In this document: in pieces, positions 23,591-37,469 of the stretch
Numbering within the stretch: the first letter of the stretch is position 1
Layout: every line of letters begins with the position of its first letter
Assembly: GCF_963921235.1 (NCBI RefSeq)
Contig: NC_086097.1
Location: forward strand, 235,602,001 to 235,666,000
Reading direction: 5' to 3'
Source: Mobula hypostoma
Taxonomy: Eukaryota
Length of the DNA: 64,000 nt
Notes under the pieces: generated by a model
The model's database searches: none
The model's input: only the letters and a program-made list of their open reading frames with translations
Told to the model about the DNA's origin: nothing
Program-made: the position numbers and the translations under genes

Positions 23591-24670
23591 ATAGAACCAT
23601 AGAACCATAGAACCATAGAAACTACAGCACAGAAGCAGGCCTTTTGGCCCTTCTTGGCTGTGCCGAACCATTTTCTGCCTAGTTCCACTAACCTGCACAC
23701 GGACCATATCCCTCCATACACCTCCCATCCATGTATCTGTCCCATTTAAATGTTAAAAAAGAACCCGCATTTACCACCTCGTCTGGCAGCACATTCCATA
23801 CTCCCACCACTCTCTGTGTGAAGAAGCCCCCACTAATGTTCCCTTTAAACTTTTCCCCCCTCACCCTTAACCCATGTCCTCTGGTTTTTTTCTCCCCTTG
23901 CCTCACTGGAAAAAGCCTGCTTGCATTCACTCTATCTATACCCATCATAATTTTATATACCTCTATCAAATCTCCCCTCATTCTTCTACGTTAGAATAAA
24001 GTCCTAACCTATTCAATCTTTCTCTGTAACTGAGTTTCTCAAGTCCTGGCAACATCCTTGTAAACCTTCTCTGCACTCTTTCAACTTTACTTATATCCTT
24101 CCTGTAATTTGGTGAGCAAAACTGAACACAATACTCCAGATTTGGCCTCACCAATGCCTAATACAACCTCATCATAACATTCCAGCTCTTATACTCAATA
24201 CTTCGATTAATAAAGGCCAATGTACCAAAAGCTCTCTTTACGACCTTATCTACCTGTGACGCCACTTTTAGGGAATTTTGTATCTGTATTCCCAGATCCC
24301 TCTGTTCCACTGCACTCCTGTATGTTCTACCTTGTTTTGTCCTTCCAACGTGCAACACCTCACACTTGTCTGTAATAAACTCCATCTGCCATTTTTCAGC
24401 CCATTTTTCCAGCTGGTCCAAGTCCCTCTGCAGGCTCTGAAAACCTTCCTCACTGTCTACTACACCTCCAATCTTTGTATCATCAGCAAATTTGCTGATC
24501 CAATTTACCACATTATCATCCAGATCATTGATATAGATGACAAATAACAATGGACCCAGCACTGATCCCTGTGGCACACCACTAGTCACAGGCCTCCACT
24601 CGGAGAAGCAATTCTCTACGACCACTCTTTGGCTTCTTCCATTGAGCCAATGTCTAATCCAATTTACCAC
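23591..24670 (-). mobile_element. 5'-truncated CR1
   Basis: GVPQGSVLGPLLFVIYINDLD and KFADDTK motifs; (catagaac)n tail at 23590-23620. Confidence 0.92.
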
Positions 24671-24989
24671 CTCTGAGATTACCACATTCCTGAGATTAGT
24701 CTTCACACAGTCATGAAACAAAGTTCAAAGATAACATCAAGCACCCAAAATGCAAAAAGAAAAATTCATGCAAGTGGCAAACAGCAACCATCATCATTCA
24801 ATGTAAATATAACTTCCAGGAGAAGTCCCATGACCTCAATAGCAAAGTCCATACTTGGAGATCAGATCTGCTAATTTCTGATCTCCAATCCACTCTGTAC
24901 TTCCATGCTGTAACATGCGCCAAGTTTAGAACATGTTGATGATATCACCACTTGGAAATGGAATTGGTTTATGATTGTCACATGTACCA

Positions 24990-25355
24990 GGATATCCTCC
25001 AAAAGGACCACAACCTTGTCATAGGGATGGAAAGATTGTGTGCCTCCATGACCCACAGAGCTATGTTGGCTGGAGTCAGTGGATTATGCTTTGGCTCTTG
25101 ATTGGATCAGGTCAAAGGGTAAAGGCTAAACTCAGAGTGGTCCACTTGTCCTTCAGGTTCAGGGGGTCAACTCAGGGCTAACTCAATGTGACAGTATTCG
25201 TGAGTCTCCAGCTGGGACTTGCATGACTGACAGTAGTAAAAAACTGAGAGGAAACTACTGACATGATGAAGGAAGCCCTGAATACCACCAGGGATGGAGG
25301 ACCTTTATTACTGTCCAACACACCAGTGGCATAGTGGGAGGTAAGTAAGTAAGTA
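24990..25355 (+). mobile_element. RTE-clade non-autonomous element
   Basis: 5' 'ccttgtcatagggatggaaagattgtgtgcctccatgacccacagagctatgttg' resembles RTE/Expander 5' UTRs; ends in (gtaa)n. Confidence 0.5.
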
Positions 25356-26827
25356 CCTGGATGCAGTGAAAAGTTTATCTTGCATCCTGTTCATACAGAT
25401 CCATTCAATACACAATACAGTGGGTAGAGCAATGTAAAAGAAGAACAGTAGAACAGCTACAGTGTAACTAAACAATGCTGAACATATTTGCATCACTTAA
25501 TTGATATCATGCTCTTTGTGAAGAGTTTTGTGGTTATTAATATAGTTGTGAGATTTTATCTTTTTCCAAATTCATGAATCACTCAAAGATCAAGGAATGA
25601 AATTGTTTTATTGGTTCAGAAGGAAATAATTCACATAGAAATGACAGTTACTATAATTAGCACAGTATAATGATTCTTACATGCAATCCATAATGGGTAA
25701 ACTTCAGAAGTTCAAAGTTCAAAGTAAATTTATTATCTAAATTCATATAGGTCTTTAAATGTGACTCTGAGATTCATTTTCTTGCAGGCATTCATGGTAG
25801 AACAAAGAAATATAATAAAATCAATGCAAACTACACACAAAGGCTGACACAACCAATGTGCAAAAGAAGACAGCAGCTTCCCAAACACAACACAACACCC
25901 AAAGTACTATTTAATGAGGTCAAAGGTAAGCAAGGGGCATAGACATTTTACCTAATCAAGCAGAAATTAGTTGGCGTATCTATTTGCTTGCGATTGGTCC
26001 CTTGATAAGCTGTGGTAAAGAGGATAGTGATGGGCAATAAGCAGCGATGACCATTGAAATCAGGATACACACACAAAATGCTGCACGAACTCAGTGCTGG
26101 AAATCTAAGCAACAGACGCATCAATTTCCATTTTCTGCAGATTTCCTCTTGACTCAAATCAGGTTGTTAACTTTGTGCACAAAGATTAAAAAAGAAGCAG
26201 CTAACTGAGAGTTCTTTCAAGAGGATTCATCTTGCTGGCTTTGAATTAACATCTTCATTAATTTGATAAGATGGAAACCAAAGGGAAGCTTGCTGTTATG
26301 CATGGTTAATGCTGAGACAATTCATTGGTAACTGTTTGACTGATAAATGTGTTGGCAGAGTATCATCATAACTGGATGATTGAATGACAGGATGAAGTAA
26401 TGGATATAACCTAGTTCATCACAGCAAATGCCCTCCCACTATTGCCACAAGAAAGCAGCATCCATCATCAAGGACCCCCACCAGCTTCAGGAACAGTTAT
26501 TCTTCTTCAACCATTAGGCTCCTGAACCAGCGTGGATAGCTTCACTCACCACAACTCTGAACTGATCACTGAACACAGCCTATAGACTCATTTTCAGGGA
26601 ATCGACATCTCTTGTTCTCAGTATCATTTACTTATTTGTATGTTTATTTGTTTCTTCATGTTTGTGTATTTTGTCTTTCCTTTGTCACAGAATCAGAATC
26701 AGGATCAGGTTGATTACAATTGTCTTCTCTGACAGTGGTGTTTTTATTTAATATTCCCACACTAAGTGAGACCTGGCCTTACCTCCAATGCCAGTATCAC
26801 AAACTGTTGCTTTTAGCAGGTTCTAGA

Positions 26828-28845
26828 GCTGGCAGGGTAGCATAATGGATATGTGGTTGACGTTTAGGGATCTCTTGCAGGATGTTAGGGATAAATTTGT
26901 CCCAGTGAGGAAGATAAAGAATGGTAGGGTGAAGGAACCATGGGTGACAAGTGAGGTGGAAAATCTAGTCAGGTGAAAGAAGGCAGCATACATGAGGTTT
27001 AGGAAGCAAGGTGGAGGTGAGTAGGGTAAAGGAAAACGCCAAGGCATTCTTCAAGCATGTGAAGAACAAAAGGATGGTAGGAGTGAACATAGGACCGATT
27101 AGAGATAAAGATGGGAAGATGTGCCTGGAGGCTGTGGAAGTGAGCGAGGTCCTCAATGTATACTTCTCTTCGGTATTCACCAATGAGAGGGAACTTGATG
27201 ATGATGAGGACAATATGAGTGAAGTTGATGTTCTGGAGCATGTTGATATTAAGCGAGAGGAGGTGTTGGAGTTGTTAAAATACATTAGGATGGATAAGTC
27301 CCCGGGGCCTGACAGAATATTCCCCAGGCTGCTCCATTAGGTGAGGGAAGAGATTGCTGAGCCTCTGGCTAGGATCTTTATGTCCTTGTTGTCCACGGGA
27401 ATGGTACCAGAGGATTGGAGGGAGGCGAATATTGTCCCTTTGTTCAAAAAAGGTAGTAGGGATAGTCTGGGTAATTATAGACCAGTGAGCCTTATGTCTG
27501 AGGTGGGAAAGCTGTTGGAAAGGATTCTTAGAGATAGGATCTATGGGCATTTAGAGAATCATGGTCTGATTAGGGACAGTCAGCATGGCTTTGTGAAGGG
27601 CAGGTCGTGTCTAACAAGCCTGATAGAGTTCTTTGAGGAGGTGACCAGGCATATAGATGAGGGTAGTGCAGTGGATATGATATACATGCATTTTAGTAAG
27701 GCATTTGACAAGGTTCCACACGGTAGGCTTATTCAGAAAGTCGGAAGGCATGGGATCCAGGGAAGTTTGGCCAAGTGGATTCAGAATTGGCTTGCCTGCA
27801 GAAGGCAGAGGGTCATGGTGGAGGGAGCACATTCAGATTGGAGAGTTGTGACTAGTGGTGTCCCACAAGGATCTGTTCTGGGACCTCTACTTTTCGTGAT
27901 TTTTATTAACGGCCTGGATGTGGGAGTAGAAGTGTGGGTTGGCAAGTTTGCAGACGACACAAAGGTTTGTGGTGTTGTAGATAGTGTAGAGGATTGTGAA
28001 ATATTGCAGAGAGACATTGATAGGATGCAGAAGTGGGCTGAGAAGTGGCAGATGGAGTTCAACCCGGAGAAGTGTGAGGTGGTATACTTTGGAAGGACAA
28101 ACTCCAAGGCAGAGTACAAAGTAAATGGCAGGATACTTGGAAGTGTGGAGGAGCAGAGGGATCTGGGGGTACATGTCCACAGATCCCTGAAAGTTGCCTC
28201 ACAGGTGGATAGGGTAGTTAAGAAAGCTTATGGGGTGTTAGCTTTCATAAGTCGAGGGATAGAGTTTAAGAGTCACAGGGTAATGATGCAGCTCTATAAA
28301 ACTCTGATTAGGCCACACTTGGAGTACCGTGTCCAGTTCTGGCCGCCTTACTATAGGAAGGATGCGGAAGCATTGCAAAGGGTACAGAGGAGATTTACCA
28401 GGATGCTGCCTGGTTTAGAGAGTATGCATTATGATCAGAGATTAAGGGAGCTAGGGCTTTACTGTCTGGAGAGAAGGAGGATGAGAGGAGACATGATAGA
28501 GGTATACAAGATAATAAGAGGAATAGATAGAGTGGACAGCCAGTGCCTCTTCTCCGGGGCAACACTGCTCAGTACAAGAGGACACGGCTTTAAGGTAAGG
28601 GATGGGAAGTTCAAGGGGGATATTAGAGGAAGGGTTTTTTGCTCATAGAGAGTGGTTGGTGTGTGGAATGCACTGCCTGAGTCAGTGGTGGAGGCAGATA
28701 CACTAGTGAAATTTAAGAGACTACTAGACAGGTATATGGAGGAATTTAAGGTGGGGGCTTATATGGGAGGCAGGGTTTAAGGGTCAGTGCAACATTGTGG
28801 GCCAAAGCGCCTGTACTGTGCTGTACTGTTCTATGTTCTATGTAT
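26828..28845 (+). mobile_element. 5'-truncated CR1 with RT pseudo-ORF
   Basis: ORFs 27011-27340 and 27341-28648 are in one frame, separated by TAG; they contain the full RT motif set (KAFDKVPH, GVPQGSVLGP, FADDTK). Ends in an (ttctatg) tail. Confidence 0.95.
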
Positions 28846-31800
28846 GTAATCTGTAGTTGATTTTCCTTTATTTTTGCAGTAGATACTGAAATCCTTTTAC
28901 AACCCGCTTGACAACTAATGCTGACAACACAGCTTGCGATAGTATTTTCTAAAACCTATTCACAAGTATTCGTTATTACTACAAAAATAAAATTTCAATA
29001 ACTTTATTTATTTATGCTTACAAATTTGCTGTTTGTGCTCAGCGCTTGCATTTTTTTCTGTGCCTGCCTTCACCTATTCAAATTTCAAGCAGTATTTACT
29101 ATTATTATTATTGAAGTACGGCACCTAAAATATATTGACACTAAGTTCCAACAGTAACCCATTCCATATTGAGGGTTAATTTCGAGTTCCACGGCTCTGC
29201 CTCAGTCAGTGGTCACGCGCAACCCCTCGATAGAAAGTACTAACGGTGGCACAGCCCGCTTGGCATTGCCCACAGCGTTCTTCCTGGCAGTGGCCTTAGC
29301 ACTCAGTGCTCCGTAACATGGCCCCTGGCGGCAGCTTGAAGAGTCAGTATCAATCTCTCTGGCCTTCTGCAGAGCGCATTTTAGCAGGCAACAAAATAAT
29401 AATTTATACACAATGGTGGTGCCATTTTCTTCAATGTTAGCACAAAGTTGTTTGCATGATTTGTTTTTTTTTCCTGCACATTGGGCGTTTTGACAGTGTT
29501 TTTTTTTAAAATGGGTTCTATTGGGCTTCTTTGTTTTGTGGCTGCCTGTAAGGAGACGAATCTTAAATTTGTATGTCTTATATATTGAAATAATAAATGT
29601 ACTTTGACTTTCAACCTAAATAGATATTATTTCATATTTTGTGCTGTTTTGTTACTAAAATGGAAATGATTTAAATTAATATGAAGCAGATTGATCAGTT
29701 TTTATTTTGGTGAACAGACGATGTATTGCAATGTGAATAAATTCATGGGCAATGTAGCATAAGGCCATCCCACTTTATCCTTTGTCCAACCGTCCTGAGA
29801 GGCAGGAGTTGCTTATAGTCTGACAGGCACGCAGATCCAAGATGCAGAGCTCAAGGTGGAAGAGCAGTAGATGGCAAATGATTTACATGCTCAGTCAGTC
29901 ATGGATGCCAGAAATAAAACAGAACTAGAAATATTGGAAATTTTAAATAAAAACAACACATCCAGAAAAAAAAACCTCAGCAGGTCAGGCTATGGAGAGA
30001 GAAACAGAGCAAATATTTTAGCTTACTGTCTTACAGTACATAAGAATGCCAGAAAGTCTCAGAAAGGTGCTCAGACACATTGAGTTGACACAGATATTAA
30101 AATATAAATGGAATGGAGGAATTTAGTACTTGAATGACAGCAAACAACATCTTGATTAGTAAGAAAAGAGGATGGTCATAGACCTTTGAACATTGTTCAT
30201 GCTTTGACATCCAAATTACACCAACTTTTATTTCATTGGAAACATATAGTCTTAGTCATAATTATTGATCCTGAGGGAAATTGGTTTTCGTTACAGTTGC
30301 ACCATAAATAATTAAATAGTAATAAAACCATAAATAATTAAATAGTAACATGTAAATTATGCCAGGAAATAAGTCCAGGACCAGCCTATTGGCTCAGGGT
30401 GTCTGACCCTCCAAGTGATATAAAGTGATATATATTTACTCAGGTATTTGTAGGGAAAAAACAATCAGGCTATCAAGGGCTATGGAGCAGGTGCGATGGG
30501 AGTTGGCAGTTTAAAAAGGCTCAGTAATGATTAGATGGGCCAAAGAGTCTTGCTTCTGTGCTGTACTTTTCTTTGAGTTCGGGAGATGAGAATTCCTTAT
30601 TCTGGTGCCAGAATTGGTGGTGACATATGCGTGCTGACCCCTAGCATATCGTTAGGGTGTGTTGGTTGTTCATGCAAACAACGCCCTTCACTGTATGCCT
30701 TGTTGCACATGAGATAAATAAATAGATCTGAATCAAGAAGCAAGAGAAATGTGAGAAACCTTTGCCCACTCTTCAATAATCCAATGTTCAGTTGCCCCAA
30801 CATTAATACACATTAAATTCTGTATCTAATATTACAAATAGACAATTACCAATTGGGATCCGGGATCAGCCATGATGGCCATGAGGACACTCGATGGGCT
30901 GAAGGGCCCAACTCTGCTCCTATGTCTTATGGTCTTATGGATGCTTGTGAACTGCAAAGATTATGTAGGTACCTGTTAGAGAACCTATTATATGGGAAAC
31001 AGTGGAATCGAGGTAGAATTTCAAGTATTTTAACTGTTCACCTAGTTTCTGTAGTCTCTCTGTTATTACCTCTGCCAGCAGAGTGATGAGAAAAGAGCCT
31101 GCAGAAGCCTTGAATCTGGATCAAGCACAAAACAGAATGCTGAAATAGCTCAGTGAGTCAAGCAACATCTGTGGAGGTAAAAAGATTTAAGTCGATGGTA
31201 TAGGATGAGTTCTTGCATCAGTACTAAGAACAAAGAAACTGTCTCATAAGCCTGAGTCTAGCAGTAGGGAGGGCGGGATGATGGGATAATGTCTGACAGG
31301 TGATTAGTGGAACCAAAGATTCACAGACAGAAAGAAACATATGGGATGGGGGTAGGACAAAAGTTGGTAAATGAAAGGAGAATCTTTCATAGATCTTCAT
31401 AGATCTCTCAAAATTGCCATGCAAGTCGATAGAGTTGTTAAGAAAGCATTTGGTCTGTTGGCCTTCGTTAGTCTAGGAATTGAATTCAAGAGTTGTAAGA
31501 TAATGTTCAAAGTTCAAAGTAAATTCATTATACAACCCTGAGATTTATTTTCTTTTCAGCATACTCTATAAATCCATGATAGAATAATAACTATAATAGA
31601 ATCAATGAATGAATTGAATGATAGGATCAATCAATGTTACAACCCTGTTTAGACCACACTTGGAATATTGTTTTCAGTTCTAGTTGCTTCATTATTAGGA
31701 AGGACGTGAAAGTTTTAGAGAGGTTGCCAAAGAGATTTACCAGGATGTTGCCAGCATTAGACAGTATATCTTATGATGAAAGTTTCAGCAAACATGGGCT

Positions 31801-32630
31801 TTTCTCTTTGGAGCTAAGGGAGATGGGATGTGACTCAACTGAGGTCTATAACAATGAGCTGCTAGTGAAAGTGGTGGATGTGGGTTTGATTTCAATATCT
31901 AAGAGAAATTTGGATAGATACAAGGATAGGAGTGACATGGAGGGCTATATTCCAGGTGCACATCAATGGCGTTAAGCAGAAGCATTTTTGGCATAGACTA
32001 GATGGGCCGAAGGGCCTGATTTTGTGCTGTAATGTTGTATGTTCTGAGTTGTTGAGGGTCAAGATATTGCTTAACCAGCAGTGGAAGGGTAAAGTCATGA
32101 GTAACCACTTCTACATCACCCTACCAAAGACTTTAATTAATGAATCTAGGATCAGGAACAGGCAATCAGTAAAAAGCATATTTCTGGGTAAAAGCCTGAC
32201 CTCTGACATCACCCCCTATACTTTCTTCCAACACCTTAAAATTATGCCCCTTAATATTAGCCATTTCTACCATAGTCTCTGGCTATCCATTTGATCTATG
32301 CCTCTTATCTTGTACACCTGTATCAAGTCGCAATATGCTGTAGAATTACCAAGGTATTGCTAATTTGCCACACCCATTCCATTTGATGCATATTTTCAGG
32401 CATAATCTAGTTTATAGATTTATTTTTTACTAATTCCACTTGATTTTAAAGCAAATATATTTCTTTGTCTTTTGTACTAATTATTAATTGTCACCATAAG
32501 CCTTCTCTGTAGGTTTTCTGGAAGTTCATACAAACACTAACTACCACATTTTTAAATTCAGAGTTGCATGAGAACTATCATTTACAATATTATCTTTTTT
32601 GAGGCTCTCCATAGAATGGAATCAAACATG

Positions 32631-33278
32631 ATGGCTGTGCCCCTTAACAACAGGTACTCCTGTTTGAGTACTGTTGGGGGGGACAGCTTACCCGGGGGAA
32701 GCGACAGTGGCCGTGCCTCCGGCACAGAGTCTGGCCCTGTAGCTCAGAAGGGTAGGGAAAGGAAGAGGAGGGCAGTTGTGATAGGGGACTCAATAGTAAG
32801 GGGGTCAGATAGGCGATTCTATGGACGCAGTCCAGAGACCCGGATGGTAGTTTGCCTCCCTGGTGCCAGGGTCCGGGATATTTCTGATCGTGTCCAAGAT
32901 ATCCTGAAGTGGGAGGGTGAGGAGCCAGAGGTCGTGGTACATATAGGTACCAATGACATAGGTAGGAAAAGGAATGAGGTCCTGAAAGGAGAATATAGGG
33001 AGCTAGGAAGGGAGTTGAGAAAAAGGACCGCAAAGGTAGTAATCTCGGGATTACTGCCTGTGCCACGCAACAGTGAGAGTAGGAATGCGATGAGGTGGAG
33101 GATAAATGCGTGGCTGAGGGATTGGAGCAGGGGGCAGGGATTCAAGTTTTTGGATCATTGGGACCTCTTTTGGCGCAGGCATGACCTGTACAAAAAGGAC
33201 GGGTTACACTTGAATTCTAGGGGGACCAATATCCTGGCAGGGAGATTAGCGGGGGCTACTGAGGTGACTTTAAACTAG
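32631..33278 (+). pseudogene. CR1 ORF1 fragment, SGNH esterase domain
   Basis: VIGDSIVRG, PGARVRD, VVHIGTND and DGLHLN motifs; 5'-truncated. Confidence 0.9.
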
Positions 33279-33283
33279 AATGG

Positions 33284-36200
33284 TTGGGGGGTGGGAATCA
33301 AATTAAAGAGGCTAGGTGTGAGGAGGTTAGTTCACAACAGAGGGATGGGAACCAGTGCAGAGAGACAGAGGGGTGTAAAGTGAGGGTAGAAGCAAAAAGT
33401 ACTAAGGAGAAAAGTAAAAGAGGCAGGCCGACAAATCCAGGGCAAGCATTAAAAAGGGCCACTTTTCAACATAATTGTATAAGGGCTAAGAGAGTTGTAA
33501 AAGAGCGCCTGAAGGCTTTATGTGTCAATGCAAGGAGCATTCGTAATAAGGTGGATGAATTGAAAGTGCAGATTGTTATTAATGATTATGATATAGTTGG
33601 GATCACAGAGACATGGCTCCAGGGTGACCAGGGATGAGAGCTCAACGTTCAGGGATATTCAATATTCAGGAGGGATAGACATGAAGGAAGGGGAGGTGGG
33701 GTGGCGTTGCTGGTTAAAGAAGAGATTAACGCAATAGAAAGGAAGGACATAAGCCGGGAAGGTGTGGAATCGATATGGGTAGAGCTGCGTAATACTAAGG
33801 GGCAGAAGACGCTGGTGGGAGTTGTGTACAGGCCACCTAACAGTAGTAGTGAGGTCGGAGATGGTATTAAACAGGAAATTAGAAATGTGTGCAATAAAGG
33901 AACAGCAGTTATAATGGGTGACTTCAATCTACATGTAGATTGGGTGAACCAAATTGGTAAAGGTGCTGAGGAAGAGGATTTCTTGGAATGTATGCGGGAT
34001 GGTTTTTTGAACCAACATGTCGAGGAACCAACAAGAGAGCAGGCTATTCTGGACTGGGTTTTGAGCAATGAGGAAGGGTTAATTAACGATCTTGTCGTGA
34101 GAGGCCCCTTGGGTAAGAGTGACCATAATATGGTGGAATTCTTCATTAAGATGGAGAATGACATAGTTAATTCAGAAACAAAGGTTCTGAACTTAAAGAG
34201 GGGTAACTTTGAAGGTATGAGACGTGAATTAGCTAAGATAGACTGGCAAATGATACTTAAAGGATTGATGGTGGATATGCAATGGCAAGCATTTAAAGGT
34301 TGCATGGATGAACTACAACAATTGTTCATCCCAGTTTGGCAAAAGAATAAATCAAGGAAGGTAGTGTACCCGTGGCTGACAAGAGAAATTAGGGATAGTA
34401 TCAATTCCAAAGAAGAAGCATACAAATTAGCCAGAGAAAGTGGCTCACCTGAGGACTGGGAGAAATTCAGAGTTCAGCAGAGGAGGACAAAGGGCTTAAT
34501 TAGGAAGGGGAAAAAAGATTATGAGAGAAAACTGGCAGGGAACATAAAAACGGACTGTAAAAGCTTTTATAGATATGTAAAAAGGAAAAGACTGGTAAAG
34601 ACAAATGTAGGTCCCCTGCAGACAGAAACAGGTGAATTGATTATGGGGAGCAAGGACATGGCAGACCAATTGAATAATTACTTTGGTTCTGTCTTCACTA
34701 AGGAGGACATAAATAATCTTCCAGAAATAGTAGGGGACAGAGGGTCCAGTGAGATGGAGGAACTGAGCGAAATACATGTTAGTAGGGAAGTGGTGTTAGG
34801 TAAATTGAAGGGATTGAAGGCAGATAAATCCCCAGGGCTAGATGGTCTGCATCCCAGAGTGCTTAAAGAAGTAGCCCAAGAAATAGTGGATGCATTAGTG
34901 ATAATTTTTCAAAACTCATTAGATTCTGGACTAGTTTCTGAGGATTGGAGGGTGGCTAATGTAACTCCACTTTTTAAAAAAGGAGGGAGAGAGAAACCGG
35001 GGAATTATAGACTGGTTAGCCTAAGGTCGGTGGTGGGGAAACTGCTGGAGTCAGTTATCAAGGATGTGATAAAAGCACATTTGGAAAGCGGTGAAATGAT
35101 CGGACAAAGTCAGCATGGATTTGTGAAAGGAAAATCATGTCTGACGAATCTCATAGAATTTTTTGAGGATGTAACTAGTAGAGTGGATAGGGGAGAACCA
35201 GTGGATGTGGTATATTTGGATTTTCAAAAGGCTTTTGACAAGGTCCCACACAGGAGATTAGTGTGCAAACTTAAATCACACGGTATTGGGGGTAAGCTAT
35301 TGGTGTGGGTGGAGAATTGGTTAGCAGACAGGAAGCAAAGAGTGGGAATAAACGGGACCTTTTGAGAATGGCAGGCGGTGACTAGTGGGGTACCGCAAGG
35401 CTCAGTGCTGGGACCCCAGTTGTTTACAATATATATTAATGACTTGGATGAGGGAATTAAATGCAGCAAATCCAAGTTTGCGGATGACACGAAGCTGGGT
35501 GGCAGTGTTAGCTGTGAGGAGGATGCTAAGAGGATGCAGGGTGACTTGGATAGGTTGGGTGAGTGGGCAAATTCATGGCAGATGCAATTTAATGTGGATA
35601 AATGTGAAGTTATCCACTTTGGTGGCAAAAATAGGAAAACAGATTATTATCTGAATGGTGGCCGATTAGGAAAAGGGGAGGTGCAACGAGACCTGGGTGT
35701 CGTTATACACCAGTCATTGAAAGTGGGCATGCAGGTACAGCAGGCGGTGAAAAAGGCGAATGGTATGCTGGCATTTATAGCGAGAGGATTCGAGTACAGG
35801 AGCAGGGAGGTACTACTGCAGTTGTACAAGGCCTTGGTGAGACCACACCTGGAGTATTGTGTGCAGTTTTGGTCCCCTAATCTGAGGAAAGACATCCTTG
35901 CCATAGAGGGAGTACAAAGAAGGTTCACCAGATTGATTCCTGGAATGGCAGGACTTTCATATGAAGAAAGACTGGATGAACTGGGCTTGTACTCGTTGGA
36001 ATTTAGAAGATTGAGGGGGGATCTGATTGAAACGTATAAAATCCTAAAGGAATTGGACAGGCTAGATGCAGGAAGATTGTTCCCGATTTTGGGGAAGTCC
36101 AGAACGAGGGGTCACAGTTTGAGGATAGAGGGGAAGCCTTTTAGGACCGAGATTAGGAAAAACTTCTTCACACAGAGAGTGGTGAATCTGTGGAATTCTC

Positions 36201-36316
36201 TGCCACAGGAAACTGTTGAGGCCAGTTTATTGGCTATATTTAAGAGGGAGTTAGATATGGCCCTTGTGGCTATAGGGGTCAGGGGGTATGGAGGGAAGGC
36301 TGGTTCAGGGTTCTGA
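33284..36316 (+). pseudogene. CR1 ORF2 (AP endonuclease + reverse transcriptase), two in-frame stops
   Basis: Three track ORFs share one frame, with TGA at 33635-33637 and 35363-35365. Motifs: NARSI, GITETW, VYRPP, MGDFN, SDHN, FADDTK. Confidence 0.95.
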
Positions 36317-36415
36317 GTTGGATGATCAGCCATGATCATAATAAATGGCGGTGCAGGCTCGAAGGGCCGAATGGCCTACTCCTGCACCTATTTTCTATGT
36401 TTCTATGTTTCTATG

Positions 36416-36972
36416 AAAGCTGCGTGCCAGCTGCCTACATGATATGCAAGCCAGGGCTGTACAATATGGAGAGCAAACTGTTGCTGGTGCAGCAGGCTCC
36501 CCCTCTCCGTGTGGCTGATGAACCCAAAGGAACAGCTGGGATGATGCAGTTTTGCATCAGTAGCATCACAGGAGTTGCTAGTCATCATTGAACTCAAGGT
36601 AAGACTGCCCTAGAGACTCCAACTCCAGATTTTCCCTCGGGATTTACTCCCAAAGCCTTTCCCGTGACAGGGTATAGCCACAAAGCAGTGGAGGGTTGAG
36701 ATCAGAGTTTCTTTCTCCTAGACGAGCTGCCAACCATGGCTGACGAGCCCCATTTGCCTGAAAAGACTGGTTTTAAGGCACCAGTAACCTGCCTTTACCC
36801 CTTCTCTTGTCAGTAGCAATGGTTTCACCGGGCTTAGTAACTAAGTCACATGTGAAGGCCAGGAGCTGGACTTGGTTGTCAGAGGATATTTGAGGTGCAT
36901 GTTATTGGGACATTTTATAGGTAGGGGGAGCTTATCCCCACCACCTCCCTGGCTGTGACAACCTTAAGGAAC
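36416..36972 (-). mobile_element. RTE (BovB/AviRTE-like) 5' UTR fragment
   Basis: The - strand 'ggggctcgtcagccatggttggcagctcgtctaggagaaag' resembles recalled RTE 5' UTRs. Confidence 0.55.
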
Positions 36973-37469
36973 CAATCTTATCTGACACCTACATTTTGAT
37001 GTTTTTAGTTGTTCCTATTACTAACCTCCTTCCAAAACTGATAAAATATAGGCAAGTCATGTCATAAGGATGAAATGTACTTGACTTGCCATTTTTTAGT
37101 GGTTTGGAATTGTACCATGGGCAAGTTCTTTTTGTATGTCAACACATTCCTCTTTTCCATGGTTGGCTTGTTATGTGGAAGTTAGGATGCATTTGAGGAT
37201 AAATGTAGAAATGTCCAACTGCTGAGCCATTGAGTTCTTCACGGGGACAAGAGATAGATCATAATCTGAACTGAGGAGCCAGATACACTCTGAAAATATT
37301 ACCTTAGTCAAGTCAGTCATGCTTGCCATGGTTTGCCCAGCCCCATTCATTTGACTAGGAAACAAAAATATTTTGGTTTCACTGTTCACAATAAGTAAGA
37401 GACGGCTGATGATCAGAGATGATTACATACCTGATTTATAAGTAAAGACTTTATTCCTGAGAGCTAATA

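Larger units (their letters stand above)
32631..36415 (+). mobile_element. Near-full-length young CR1 LINE
   Basis: ORF1 C-terminal half, complete ORF2 frame, 3' UTR and (tttctatg)n tail. Confidence 0.97.

Noticed and set aside
28880..28991. Possible terminal exon (CAGTAG acceptor, ILKSFYNPLDN*, AATAAA)
   Set aside because: Too short, and the signals are too common to support without transcripts.
33649..35928. Long - strand ORFs (258 aa, 134 aa and others)
   Set aside because: Antisense shadows of CR1 ORF2.
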